NCBI RefSeq assembly: GCF_006345805.1
Contig: NC_043011.1
Location: forward strand, 21,836,464 to 21,900,463
Direction of reading: 5' to 3'
DNA length: 64,000 nt
Origin: Octopus sinensis
Taxonomy: Eukaryota
Of this stretch, positions 1 to 11,900 are shown one piece after another. The stretch's first letter is position 1. Each line of letters starts with the position of its first letter. A model generated the notes under the pieces. The model made no database searches. It worked only from the letters and a program-made list of their open reading frames with translations, and was not told where the DNA came from. A program made the translations under genes and the position numbers.

Positions 1-820
1 GGTCCAGTTTTGGGGCAGCATTTTATAGCTGGATGCCTTTCCTATTGCCAATCCTTTGGATTGTCTCTAATGATACACAGTGATACTGTGCACCGATTCT
101 CAAAATCTCATATGGACAGTGGCTAGAATATACAAACAACTAAAATATATACCCCTACTGTATTTAGCATGTCATATAATTGACAAGCTATAAATTGTTT
201 GGAAAACCAAATCAGTTATGCAAAACAGACAAAAACAAGAAAAAAAATGTAATATTCACACTGATAGGTAAATATCAAAACAATTTCATTCAGATATTTG
301 TGGCTATTTTAGTTAATACACTACTGACATGTTTAGAGAACTACTTCCTTTATTTTCATTTAGGTTTATGATTTAATACTAGGTCAAATATTTCTGTCAA
401 TTGTATAAAGGAATGAGAGAAGGATACACAATAAACCTAGATTGACTTATTTTAAAATTTAGTCTAAAAAAGAAGGTAGTAGTCACAACTCTTGTCCTCT
501 TGTCTAGTGAGGTCAATGCAGCAGAGTTTTATATACACACACACACATACACAGATATATAATGGAGAAATTGTGCAAAATGTATAAATGGATGATGAGT
601 AAAACACTACCTGTTGTTATCTGTAGATTTACTGCAGGAACTTTGTTGTGGCGGTTGGGGTAACAGTATTAGTAAAATAAGAGATGGTATGTGTAATAGA
701 CATTATTGGGTACAACACATGATATATATATATATATATATATTATCAGTAAATCATAAATCCAATAGAGAAGTACATTCTAAGTAACCCCATAGACCAG
801 TTATAACTATCTTTATCTAA

Positions 821-1001
821 TACATACATACATACATACATACATACATACATACATACATACATACATACATACATACATACATACATACATACATACA
901 TACATACATACATACATACATACATACATACATACATACATACATACATACATACATACATACATACATACATACATACATACATACATACATACATACA
1001 T
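821..1001 (+). repeat. (TACA)n microsatellite
   Basis: About 45 perfect tetranucleotide units; source of the MYVC ORFs. Confidence 0.97.
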
Positions 1002-1002
1002 A

Positions 1003-1520
1003 GTGGCTGCCCCCTCGTTATCAAGTATGGCCATTGCACGAAGCTTAATCAATGTTGTTATCGTGCAATGCCTGTGCAAGAAGATTTTTTTTAAAGTGAG
1101 GAAAGGCTGTGCACTGAGTCAATCCCACTCACTAAGCAACAGCAACCATAATCTGAAAAGAAGAACAAGTCGCAGGTTTTATGTCGGAGTTATCCCAGTT
1201 ACCTGAGTTACCTTCTAGAAGGATGCCCTAACAAAGGCTAGGAGTCCTTCACTCCCAATGGTTTAACCGTGTGATCGGGTATTCAGTCCGATTATTTCTA
1301 TGTCCCTGCGCATGATACATCCTTAAGACATTTATTGGATGGCCATTGACTCTCAAGAGTTCCTCCGCCCTTTGACGGGTTTTGTTTTTCATCCCGCAGG
1401 GTGTCCAATAAACACCCTCCTCACCAAGCAAGCTTGGTGGGGTTGCCGGTTTAGTCGCTGACGACCGGACCATGCAACAGGTTGTACTGGGTTACATGTT
1501 ACCAGTAGCACTCGAAAGTG
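1003..1520 (-). mobile_element. Short non-autonomous non-LTR (RTE-like) element embedded in (ATAC)n
   Basis: GC-richer 518-bp unique segment flanked by (ATAC)n on both sides. The minus strand ends in a 10-bp stem-loop (1032-1041/1061-1070), then GGGGGCAGCCAC, then a (TATG)n tail. Its 5' part (AAACCCGTCAAAGGGCGGAGGA) resembles RTE 5' UTRs. Family assignment is inference. Confidence 0.5.
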
Positions 1521-1528
1521 ACATACAT

Positions 1529-1562
<34 letters not shown>

Positions 1563-1608
1563 CACACACACACATATACATACATACATACATACATACA
1601 TACATACA

Positions 1609-1640
<32 letters not shown>

Positions 1641-3500
1641 AAAGATGGAACTTTTTCAAATTTATGTTTGGAAAGAAAAGATTGAAAGTAACGGAGTTGA
1701 GAGGGTTGTAGTTTAGGGAGGATGTGATTAGCAAAATATTTGGTATGAGCTGCAGGGAGTGAGACATGGTAGGTGTGGCCTGAGAAGATGTGATTACATC
1801 ACATCATTTGTTTGATCAGAGTTGATCTGAGATCAGCTCTAATCTAAGCAGATTTATGATTGGAGCAGTCCAAACATGATCTATGATCATGTCTTATTTT
1901 CAGAACTACTGTATACAATATGTTCTATTTTTTAAGATGTTAAGGTGTGGTTTTGAGTGAAGAAGTTTGGCTGCAATTTCTAGCAGGTCAGGCATCCACA
2001 TAGAGGTTTTATGCTGGCTTGGGATCTCTTCTTTTACTGAGGTAGTAAGTATGTGATTTACTAGATGAGAGAAGCAGAAGTCTATACAGCAGTGATAGAA
2101 GAGGCAAATGACAACAACCTCTGTGAATGGGATGACGGTATTTTAGTGTGAAAGATTACTTACAATTTGGGATGCCTTTTATGGATCCCCTCAAGAATGT
2201 TCAAGTGTGTTGTGTGTGTGTGTGTGATTAGTTGCAGTAATGTTTAAGACAATGATCAGTAATCTAATGTGAGGTGCCTTATAGAGTATTAGTGACTGTT
2301 TGGAGTAGAATTGTTTTGTTGCCATACAAAGTACAGACTTTTACAACATAGTCTTAGCAACGTTATAGATGTGAAGGAAAGGAAGTAGTGGGGTTATCAC
2401 ATGACAGCTTACCATTTGTAGAAAGTGAGAATATTTTCCTTGTTGTTCTTGACTTCAGGTGGAAGGGGGTGTGGGTGGGGATTAGGCAAGGGAGAAACAA
2501 TATAGAGTGTATGAAAATTGATGTTATTTAACTGTTGTAGGTCAGACCTGATTTTAGAGATCTACTATGAAAGGCATTCTAATAATAATCATCCTGTTTT
2601 CTTTTTCCTAGTCTATTATATGTAGAACTAAATCATTATCTAATGTGTTCTCACTACGTTTATTTTTTTTTAGGACAGTAGGGCAGGATTCAAATATTTC
2701 TTGTTTACTTTTGTTTTGTTTTTTATCCTAGCCCACCATCCTGAAAAGAGGAAGGACACATTGACATTGGATAATGATGCCATCGCTACCTGAGACTCCT
2801 TCTGTGTCAATATGGAATTGGTGCTTTTCTGTAGGTGCAGGCGTGGCAGTGTGGCTAAGAACCTTGCTTCCCAACTGGTCTTGATGTGGTTTCGGGTTCT
2901 ATCCTACTTCTCAGCACCTCGAGCATGTATCTTCTACTGCATCACAAAGCCTTGTGAGTGGATTTGGCAGATAGAAACTGAAAGAAGCCTGTTGTGCATA
3001 TGTGTTCCTTTACTTTTTTCAGTCGTTTGACAGCAGCCATGCTGGAGCACCACCCTGAAGGATTTTAGTCCAACAAATCAACCCCAAGACTTATTTCCTA
3101 AGCTTAGTACTTATTCTATTGGACTCTTTTGCCAAACCACTAAGTTATGGGGATGTAAACACACCAACACCAACTGTCAAGTAGTGATGGGGAACAAACA
3201 AAGACACACACACAGATGTATACATCATATATATATATATATATATATATGTATACATACATATATATGTATACATACATATATATATACACATACACAT
3301 ATATATATACATATATATATATATACATACATATATATATACATAAATATATATCCTTAAATCCTTAAAAATGTTTTAGCCCGAAGGCTGCAGCCATGCT
3401 GGGGCACCACCGCTGTTAGTACAATTGATATATACATACATATATATACATACATACATATATATATAATATATATATATATATATAGATATATAGATAT

Positions 3501-4325
3501 AAATTAAGCAGAAAATAGAGACATTTTTTGATCAATAAACAAATCAACTACCATTGGTTATTATTTCTTAATACAAAACTTTAACATTGCTAACAGCCAT
3601 TTCTGCTACCTATGTTAGTCAGTTCTGCCAAAGAAAATTATGAAAATAATGTTCGTCATCTTTTATAGCACATCCAATCTGGTACATGGAGCTTCATCAG
3701 AGTGGATACAAATACATAAAATAAAAGAAGAGAAGAGGAAAGATCAGGGCCTCTTGATGAGGAAATAAGGCTTAATAAGTTAGAATCATACCATTTTGCA
3801 GTGTAAAGCTTGAGGTTGATGAGCAAATGAATAAACTAGACAAATGATTGGTGGGTTAATCTTCCTTTACGAGTACCAGGGTGTATGAATAATAAGAAAA
3901 TAAAACTAGTGCTTAAGTATAACTGGATTTGCCAATAGGTCTAGAAAAAGAATATTACTTATGATTTCGTAAATAGTGCTAGTTAATATTTATCCAAAAA
4001 CATACCCCGACTTCAAGCTTTACACTGCAAAATGGTATGATTCTAACTTATTAAGCCTTATTTCCTCATCAAGAGGCCCTGTTCTTTCCTCTTCACTTCT
4101 TTTATTTTATGTATTTGTATCCACTCTGATGAAGCTCCATGTACCAGATTGGATGTGCTATAAAAGATGACGAACATTATTTTCATAATTTTCTTTGGCA
4201 CCACTGACTAACATAGGTAGCAGAAACGGCTGTTAGCAATCTTAAAGTTTTGCATTAAAATATAATAACCAAAGGTAGTCAATTTGTTTGTTGATCAAAA
4301 GTTTTCTCCATTTTCTGCTTAATTT
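3501..4325. repeat. Foldback element: ~313-bp inverted arms (3501-3813 / 4013-4325) with a 199-bp spacer
   Basis: The arms are reverse complements over their length (e.g. gtgtaaagcttga / tcaagctttacac; aaattaagcagaaaa / ttttctgcttaattt) with scattered mismatches. Confidence 0.9.
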
Positions 4326-4491
4326 AAATTTGATTCCTGATAAACTCTTGTTTATTTTGTTATTGCCTGTATCTTATAAGCATAGTATGCTTGCATATCC
4401 ATGCACAAGGTTAACATAGGTAATTTATACCGTAGTAATAACGGATATTCTTATCCCTTAGGCCGTTATTCCAACTGCTAATTCTACTTAA

Positions 4492-4540
<49 letters not shown>

Positions 4541-4604
4541 GGAGTAAACACATAAATGTGAAACAAGGTGGAAAAAAGAGTACTCAAATACCAGTGGTAG
4601 AGTA

Positions 4605-4770
4605 ATATGCTTTATTTTAAGCAGCAGAAAATTCAACAAAATCTGTTACTCTGAGTTTCTCGTTGCCGTTCATCAGACAGTCTTTTCTAGCAAAACTGTC
4701 TGATGAACGGCACGAGAAACTCAGAGTAACAGATTTTGTTGAATTTTCTGCTGCTTAAAATAAAGTATAT
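4605..4770. repeat. Near-perfect palindrome (~76-bp arms, 13-nt loop) with a hammerhead motif in each arm
   Basis: 4605-4681 is the reverse complement of 4695-4770, with one indel and one mismatch. Confidence 0.92.
4692..4737 (+). ncRNA. Minimal type I hammerhead ribozyme motif (Penelope-type)
   Basis: AAAACTGT-CTGATGA-ACGGCACGA-GAAA-CTCAGAG-TA|ACAGATTTT. Core at 4700-4706 and 4716-4719, GUA triplet at 4726-4728. Helix I CTGT/ACAG plus AAAA/TTTT, near-palindromic helix III ACTCAGAGT. Mirror copy on the minus strand at 4638-4681 with loop II GCAA. Confidence 0.6.
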
Positions 4771-4795
4771 ATAATATATATATATATATACTATT

Positions 4796-5511
4796 ATTAA
4801 GGGTTTAGCAACGAATTGCCTCACCAACACACCGAATTTAGAAATAGCAGTCAAAGAGATATAGCTATCCTTCTACTAAAAGGGGGATCTCAGTAAAAAA
4901 CAGCACTTGAAAGGCAACACAGACAGGTAAGAAAGAAAGAATGAAATGACGGCAATCTATCATACAATTTTAAGTACCTACGGACGTACGTTTCGAAATC
5001 AAGTTTTAGGAAAGCATAAGAATTAGAAAATTCTACCTTACCCAACTTCTTTTCTCATCGCGCAGGATACTACAATTATGAATAATTGTATATTAAATTT
5101 TGAGATACTAGAAGGCATTATCTCAACTGAGTTGAGATAATGCCTTCTAGTATCTCAAGGCATTATCTCAACTGAGTTGAGATAATGCCTTCTAGTATCT
5201 CAAAATTTAATATACAATTATTCATAATTGTAGTATCCGCGCCGATGAGAAAAGAAGTTTGGGTAAGGTAGAATTTTCTAATTCTTATGCTTTCCTAAAA
5301 CTTGATTTCGAAACGTACGTCCGTAGGTAACTTAAAATTGTATGATAGATTGCCGTCATTTCATTCTTTCTTTCTTACCTGTCTGTGTTTGCCTTTCAAG
5401 TGCTGTGTTTTTACTGAGATCCCCCTTTTAGTAGAAGGAATAGCTATATCTCTTTGACTGCTATTTCTAAATCGGTGTGTTGGTGAGGCAATTCGTTGCT
5501 AAACCCTTAAT
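4796..5511. repeat. ~715-bp palindrome (~330-bp arms) with a 45-bp duplicated palindromic centre and a hammerhead motif in each arm
   Basis: The arms are ~97% reverse-complementary by eye. The centre unit aaggcattatctcaactgagttgagataatgccttctagtatctc starts at 5112 and again at 5157. Confidence 0.93.
5234..5327 (+). ncRNA. Type I hammerhead ribozyme motif with long helix II and palindromic helix III
   Basis: TATCCGCG-CCGATGA (5242-5248)-helix II GAAAAGAAGTTT...AAACTTGATTTC-GAAA (5310-5313)-CGTACG-TC|CGTAGG. Canonical GUC at 5319-5321; ACGTACGT is a perfect palindrome. The mirror copy (minus, 4977-5066) has a full 6-bp helix I CCTGCG/CGTAGG but lacks one core nucleotide. Confidence 0.7.
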
Positions 5512-5616
5512 TACTAGTATTACTTAAATTTTCCTCGAATGGGCTTTTACATGCCGAAATCTACTTGGTGTAATTGATAATTATTCCAAATTAATTAATT
5601 TCACCCTTTATTATTA

Positions 5617-5672
<56 letters not shown>

Positions 5673-5769
5673 TGTACATATAATCAGGCTGAGTAAAGAG
5701 TAAGCAATGTTTAAAAACATGAAATTCATCACAATATATTTCAACAATGTGGAAATTTTATTCATCAAA

Positions 5770-6265
5770 GTAAGTACTATTTCAATCAATTTTTGATAAT
5801 GAGTTACAGGTTTGTTTATTCCGGTAACATAAAAATCTTGAGTTCTGGAGCTCATGAACTCTTTGAAAGCCCTTTCAGCATCCTGTTTGATTTTTGAACA
5901 CCTTCTCTAACAAGAAACCATCAAGGTGCTTGAAAAAGTGATAGTCGGTAGGAGAAAGTTCTGGGGAATAAGTAGAGTGAGGAAGAACCTCATAGCCAAG
6001 TTCCTTCAACATGTGGAGCATCATTGGTAAAATGTGGTCAAGCATTGTCATAAAGAATGATTGGCTATCTTCTGTTGACCAGTCTGGGATGGAGGAGTAG
6101 CAGTCTTTTGTTCATTTTGGCAATTTCATGGCAATATGTTTCTGCAGTAATGGTTTTTTCAGGTTTTAAGAAATTATAGTGGATGAATCCAGCAGTACAC
6201 CACCATAACCTTCGTTTTGAAGACCTTACATTTAGGGAAGGTTTTCAGTGCTTCATTTTGGTCCA
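5770..6265 (-). mobile_element. Degenerate mariner (DD34D) transposase 3' fragment
   Basis: Frames give WLDQNEALKTFPK..KTKVMVV, DNA.PH, and QDFYVTGINK; contains stops and frameshifts. Confidence 0.8.
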
Positions 6266-6918
6266 ACCATGAGATGCAATTCAGTTTTGTGTCAGGTAGT
6301 TGTGTCACTGACGCTATATTCCTGGTACAGCAACTGCAGGAGAAATACCTAGCCAAAGATAAGCTCCTATACTTGGCTTTTGTCGACTTGGAGACAGCCT
6401 TCGGCAGGGTCCCCCGATCCCTTATCTGGTAGTCAATGCGGAAACTGGGGATTGACGAGTGGTTAAAAAGAGCTGTACAGGCCTTGTACAGGAATGCTGT
6501 TAGTAAGGTAAGGGTCGGCAGTGAGTATAGGGAAGAATTCTGGGTAGGAGTAGGGGTTCACCAAGGATCAGCCCTCAGCCCCCTCTTATTCATCATAGTT
6601 CTTTGGGCAATAACAGAGGAATTTAAGAGCTCCTCTATGCTGATGACCTTGCTCTCATAGCAGAATCACTATGGATACATAAGAGGAGTCACATGGATAC
6701 ATAAGAGGTGCAGCAACATCAAAGGAAGGTTAGCCGGGAAAACAGCTTTTGTGTGTAGCAGATGCAGAGGGGCAATAAACACTGCAGATGCTCAGAAAAC
6801 TGATTCCATCACATGCCAGGGGAAGAAACTAGAAGTAGTTGAAAGCTTTCGCTACCTAGGTGACCAAGTCTGTAGTGGGGGGGGGATGCTCAGAGAGTAT
6901 TGCCACTAGAATAAGAGG
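6266..6918 (+). mobile_element. RTE-clade LINE reverse transcriptase fragment (pseudogene)
   Basis: EMQFSFVSG..TDAIFLVQQLQEK..LAFVDLETAFGRVPR, GVHQGSALSPLLF, LLYADDL (6634-6654), WIHKRCSNIKGRL..FVCSRC, SFRYLGD; internal deletions and a stop. Confidence 0.9.
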
Positions 6919-7746
6919 AGCACCTATATGTGTGTGTGTGTGTGTGTGTGTATACACACTCACATATATATGTGTATGTGTTTACCTTTGTCTTGACATT
7001 ACATGATGGTTGTAAATGAGCATCACTGTTATACAAGTAATGTTGTTTGTTCCCAGTCTTCAGTGGAAAATATGGGAGATATTAACTTACTTGGAAACAG
7101 GTGAGGGTAGGTAATGTTGATGATGATGATGATGATGATGATACACATGTTCACTTCTTGCACAGTTACCAAGTACTTGGTGACAAGATCTGATGACATT
7201 TTCACCCACCTGCATATTATGGGCAGGTCAAAATTTCTTGTAGAAAATAAGCATCCGACCAAACAAAGACAGCATGGCTGTCTTTTTGCTATCATTGATG
7301 TTAATAGAGAGAGTGATGCATGCGATTTACAGGACATTGCTGAAGAACTAATCAAGAACTCATTGATTATACATTCCTACAGACACTAAAACATAGATAT
7401 ACATAGCTTGACCATACAGCAGAAAACTTTATTGACAAGCTTTGTACAGACATGAAATTTTGCCCTGCAGACCTAAATGCTAAGTGAGATTGTGATGAAA
7501 GACATGGCTAGGTTCAGTAAATCTGAGCAAGCTCAACCAAACGAGGCAGGATATAAAGTGACCACATAAAACTTCCTTTTGGCTTTGTTGTATGAAAGTT
7601 CTTCCTTCTTGATATGTGAACGAAATTAGATTCGCATGACTGTGTTTGGGTTCCATCAAAGGAAGTATGGTTGTTATAACTCCATTGCAGAAATTTTCAA
7701 TATCTCTGTTCATTGATGTTTTATGGTAGGTCTATGTTGTGTATAT

Positions 7747-8047
7747 GGAGGCGCAATGGCCCAGTGGTTAGGGCAATGGACTCATAGTCGTAGGATCGCA
7801 GTTTCGATTCCCAGACCGAGCGTTGTGAGTGTTTATTGAGCAAAAATGCCTAAAGCACCGCGAGGCTCCGGCAGGGGGTGGTGGCGATCCCTGCTGTACT
7901 CTTTCGCTGCAACTTTCTCTCACTTATACTTCTGTTGGCCTGCTCGCTTAGCCAGCGGGATGGCATCATTTGAAGGCTAAAACAATGTGAAGCGCATTGT
8001 GACCAGCGATGTGTAGCAACATCTGGTAGCCTGGTCGGTCACGTGAT
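7747..8047 (+). mobile_element. tRNA-derived SINE (family GGAGGCGCAATGGCCCAGTGG)
   Basis: A-box/B-box-like head (TGGCCCAGTGG, GTTTCGATTCC). A second copy lies on the minus strand at ~47278-47577. Confidence 0.8.
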
Positions 8048-9095
8048 CATGTGATGTTGTGTATGGATGAAGTCTATGTGTAGAAGGTTAAGGTAAAGAA
8101 TGGTATTGTCTGTGTGTGTGTGTGAGTGTGTGTGGAGGGGTGGGGTGCACGTGCATGTGTGTGCGTGTGTGCGCATGCATATGTGTGTATGTGTGTGTGT
8201 ATGTGTGTGTGTATGTGTGTTTATAGTTAGTGGGAATCAGGTCATTAATGTACAGATTGAGGAGTATGGAAGGCATAACTGAATAGTGGAATGCTAGACA
8301 GGTGTGTCTGCAAGATTGGTGAAAAGAGCTTTGATGGAGTCAGATTATTGTTTACCTGTAGGTCAGCCTTGACCAAGCAGATCTATGACCAAAGGCATTC
8401 CCAGCAGTTATTATCCTGTCTATATGGTAGGAAATCAAGTAGCACATTATTTTGTATGTCCTTTTCTAAGAAAGTAGGGTGTTATCTAATGGAAATTTGG
8501 TACCATTTTTAGCAGGTAGGACAACTGTGTAAAGGCTCCCTCACTGGCCTAAAGAGTGTGGAGTGGGGGAAGGAAGTAGAGTCAGTTGGAGCTTCTAAGT
8601 TGAAGCTTTGCTTAATAGCTCTGATGTCAGACATGAGTGAAATCTTCTGATGTCAAAGACAAGTCAAAGTCAAATGCTGTAATGCTGGTGAGCAGCAGGT
8701 TATATGATTCAGATTACTTCTCTTATCAATAATATTGATTTCCTTTTAGACAAGGTACAAGGCCAATTTTTGTTTATTTTATCTTTTACTCGTTTCGGTC
8801 ATTGGACTGTGGCTTGGCTAGGTTGTAGCACTGTCTTGAAGGGTTTTAGTGAGACAAATCAACTCTAGTACTTTTATTTTTAAAAACCCTGGTGCTTATT
8901 CTATCAGTTGCTTTTGCCAAACCACTAACTTATGGAGAATGACAACAAACCAACACCAGTTGTTAAGTGATGGGAGGGGTAGGCAAAAAAACAGACATGA
9001 AAACACAAACACACATATATATGTATATATATGTGTATGTGTACAAATATGCATACATACATACATATATACATACGTGTATTTATATATATAAT

Positions 9096-9138
<43 letters not shown>

Positions 9139-9176
9139 TATATATATAATATATATATATATAATATATATATATA

Positions 9177-9585
9177 GGCGTAGGAGTGGCTGTGTGGTAA
9201 GTAGCTTGCTTACGAACCAGATGGTTCCAGGTTCAGTCCCATTGCGTAGCACCTTGGGCAAGTGTCTTCTACTATAGCCTCAGGCCGACCAAAGCCTTGT
9301 GAGTGGATTTGGTAGACAGAAACTGAAAGAAGCCCGTCGTATATATGTATATATATATATGTATGTGTGAGTATATGTTTGTGTCTGTGTTTGTCCCCCC
9401 AACATCGCTTGACAACCGATGCTGGTGTGTTTACGTCCCCGTAACTTAGCACTTCGTCAAAAGAGATCGATAGAATAAATACTAGGCTTACAAAGAATAA
9501 GTCCTGGGGTCGATTTGCTCGACTAAAGGCGGTGCTCCAGCATAGCCACAGTCAAATGACTGAAACAAATAAAAGAGTAAAAGAG

Positions 9586-9617
<32 letters not shown>

Positions 9618-10008
9618 ATATATAGGCGTAGGAGTGGCTGTGTGGTAAGTAAATTGCTTACGAACTACATGGTTCCAGGTTCAGTCCCACTGTGTGGCAC
9701 CTAGGGCAAATGTCTTCTACTGTAGCCTTGGGCCGACCAAAGCCTTGCGAGTGGATTTGGTAAACGGAAACTGAAAGAAACCCGTTGTATATATGTATAT
9801 GTGTGTATGTATGTGTGTGTACGTTTGTGTGTCTGTGTTTGTCCCTCCAACGTCGCATGACAACCAATGCTGGTGTGTTTACATCCCCGTAACTTAGCGG
9901 TTCGGCAAAAGAGACCGATAGAATAAGTACTAGGCTTACAAAGAATAAGTCCTGGGTTCAATTTCTCGACTAAAGGCAGTGCTCCAGCATGGCCACAGTC
10001 AAATGACT
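9177..10008 (+). mobile_element. Two tandem copies of the abundant composite SINE (GGCGTAGGAGTGGCTGTGTGGTAAG head, internal (TA)/(TG) tract)
   Basis: Copies at 9177-9585 and 9625-10008. Further copies at 37931-38340, 48842-49230, and on the minus strand at ~28785-29157, ~39265-39650 and ~46250-46608. Confidence 0.85.
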
Positions 10009-10174
10009 ATGGGGGGGGGGGTGTATGTACAAGGATGCTTTGGTGCATGCTGTGGTCAAACTCTTTTTGCTAGGATCAAGGGCATTGGTGGAAGGTTGTT
10101 TGCCGAAGGTCAAGGCAAGGGACCTGTGATTACAGTCATGGTGGGGCATTCTGGTACAATAGAATACACTTCCT

Positions 10175-10495
10175 TTAATGCGGGCAAGGATAAAACACCT
10201 CAATCTTGCTATTCAAGTAAACACCCAGGTGTTGGGTACCTTTTAAAATTGCTCTCTTCTCAGCCAGACATAATCTGCACTTCCTGCTGCTATCGGAGTA
10301 AGGTTTGCATTTTTCTAGGGTGTTCCACTTTATGCTGTACTTTGTGGCACTTTCTTTCAAAATCCAGATGTGCATGGCTAGGGTTGTGGTGTTACGTCTC
10401 TCTGGGATGTTGAATGAGGATTTGTAGTTATTAAAGCCCCCACATACTTCTGCATGCTTGGTTGTTCATTAGGTCCTGTTGCCTCATAATATATA
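10175..10495 (-). mobile_element. Penelope-like element GIY-YIG endonuclease fragment
   Basis: IYYEAT...KYVGL, then NNYKSSF..RNTTTLAMHIWILKE..KYSIKWNTLEKCKPYSDSSRKCRLCLAEK..ILK...YLNSKIEVFYPCPH, matching the PLE GIY-YIG domain with its CxLCLxEK motif; frameshifted. Confidence 0.82.
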
Positions 10496-11886
10496 CTAGC
10501 AGGCATACCCGGCGTTGCCCGGGACTGTTTGTTAAGTATACCTGGTCAGTGTAGTCTCCCATGAAGTAGAGCTGAAGAAACTGAGGTGAGGCAGCGTCAT
10601 GTGCCTGCAGGGAACCAATTCTATGGTAAATCTTCCCCTGCACTTTAAAGGAAGGCATGAAATACCCATCTCATATGCAGTTGTCAGCACATATCCGCTT
10701 GAGAAAGTCATGAGAATAAGGAGACACCCCTGTCAAAAGATCAGTCAAAAGGAGTGGAGGATCTTGTAGAAGAGGTACTGTAATCTTACTGCTGGAGCAG
10801 CACATGCCGGGTGTTTCTCCCGGCCACTTTTTAACTCCGCATAATTGGCAGATTGTGGACATGCAGCCTATTTGAATGTCAGGGTGATTACTGTAGTCAA
10901 TTGTAGGATCATAGTTGAATGCTGTCATTGACCACCGCGAGGAGCATGGCCTTGAGTAGGAATGTCGTGTAGCCCTTCACTGAGTTGTAGCCTCCAGTTG
11001 TTGTCTTGCCCCTGTAGTTTCCATAGCGTGCACAGCAGCAGTTGCTGCAGCATCTCTTGTAAGTCAAACTGCATGTTGTACTGCAGTCTCTGAATATGGT
11101 GCAGCAGCAGTAGAGGAAGCATTTCTTGTTTGGCATGCTGAACATTGCTTGTTCCTCTGGGCAGCTCGTTGCGCAACAATACATGCTAACCAACCACAAC
11201 GCTGCTCTTCACTTTCCCTTCTTTGTGCTGAAGCCATCCTAAGTGCATTGAGAGGGTTCCTCCTGGTGGCATCCTTGACATATTCATTTGTATGCATATG
11301 TTTACTTTTCTTTGCAGCCGACCTATAATGGATCTTTTGTGTCAAGGCATGGTAGAGAATTACCAATTTGCACAATAGAAAAAGTCCTCAGGAAAAAGCG
11401 GTGAATGTGTAGTACCCAAAAAATAGTAAATTGTAGTTGGCAAAAATGTTAATCAAACTGACCAAATAAAGGATTTTTAATTTTAGGTAAGTGTTTTGAA
11501 GTGGCTAGTTTAAGTTGGAATAATTATATGAAAAAGAGCGCTCACGTGAAAATAGATGCAAATCGTAACTTGCAAATGAATAGTGCTGGCAGTACTGTGC
11601 AAGCAGTCGATAAGAGCTCACTGCAGTTAACAAAGTAAAATATTGATTTTTTCAAGCTAGGTGTGTGTCACGATTTTTTGCTGGCTCAAGCCAAATCCTA
11701 GGTGAATTGAGAGTAGTCTATTTATGTTGGGGGCACAGAATTTCGAGGAAAAAATTATAAGAAAAACCATCTTGAGTCAAAGAGAGCACACATGTCAAAT
11801 TTGGTGAAATTTGGTTGGAAATTGTAGGAGTAGAAGTGGATCACATAACACACACAGACAGACAACTTGCCTTTTAAGATATAAGA
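10496..11886 (-). mobile_element. Internally deleted Helitron with intact termini and RepHel N-terminal remnant
   Basis: The minus strand begins A|TC (11886) and ends CTAG|T (10496), with the hairpin CCCGG-GCAACG-CCGGG just upstream of CTAG. Coding remnants: AFNYDPTIDYS.HP...IG.M..IC..C...KW.GETPGMCC and PSFKVQGKIYHRIGSL...PQFLQLYFMGD. Confidence 0.9.
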
Positions 11887-11900
11887 TATATATATATATA

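Noticed and set aside
746-1767. ORFs with MYVC/HTYI repeats
   Set aside because: Translations of (TACA)n microsatellites, not genes.
7747-7830. tRNA gene-like sequence
   Set aside because: It is a SINE head that continues into a non-tRNA body and recurs at 47.5 kb.
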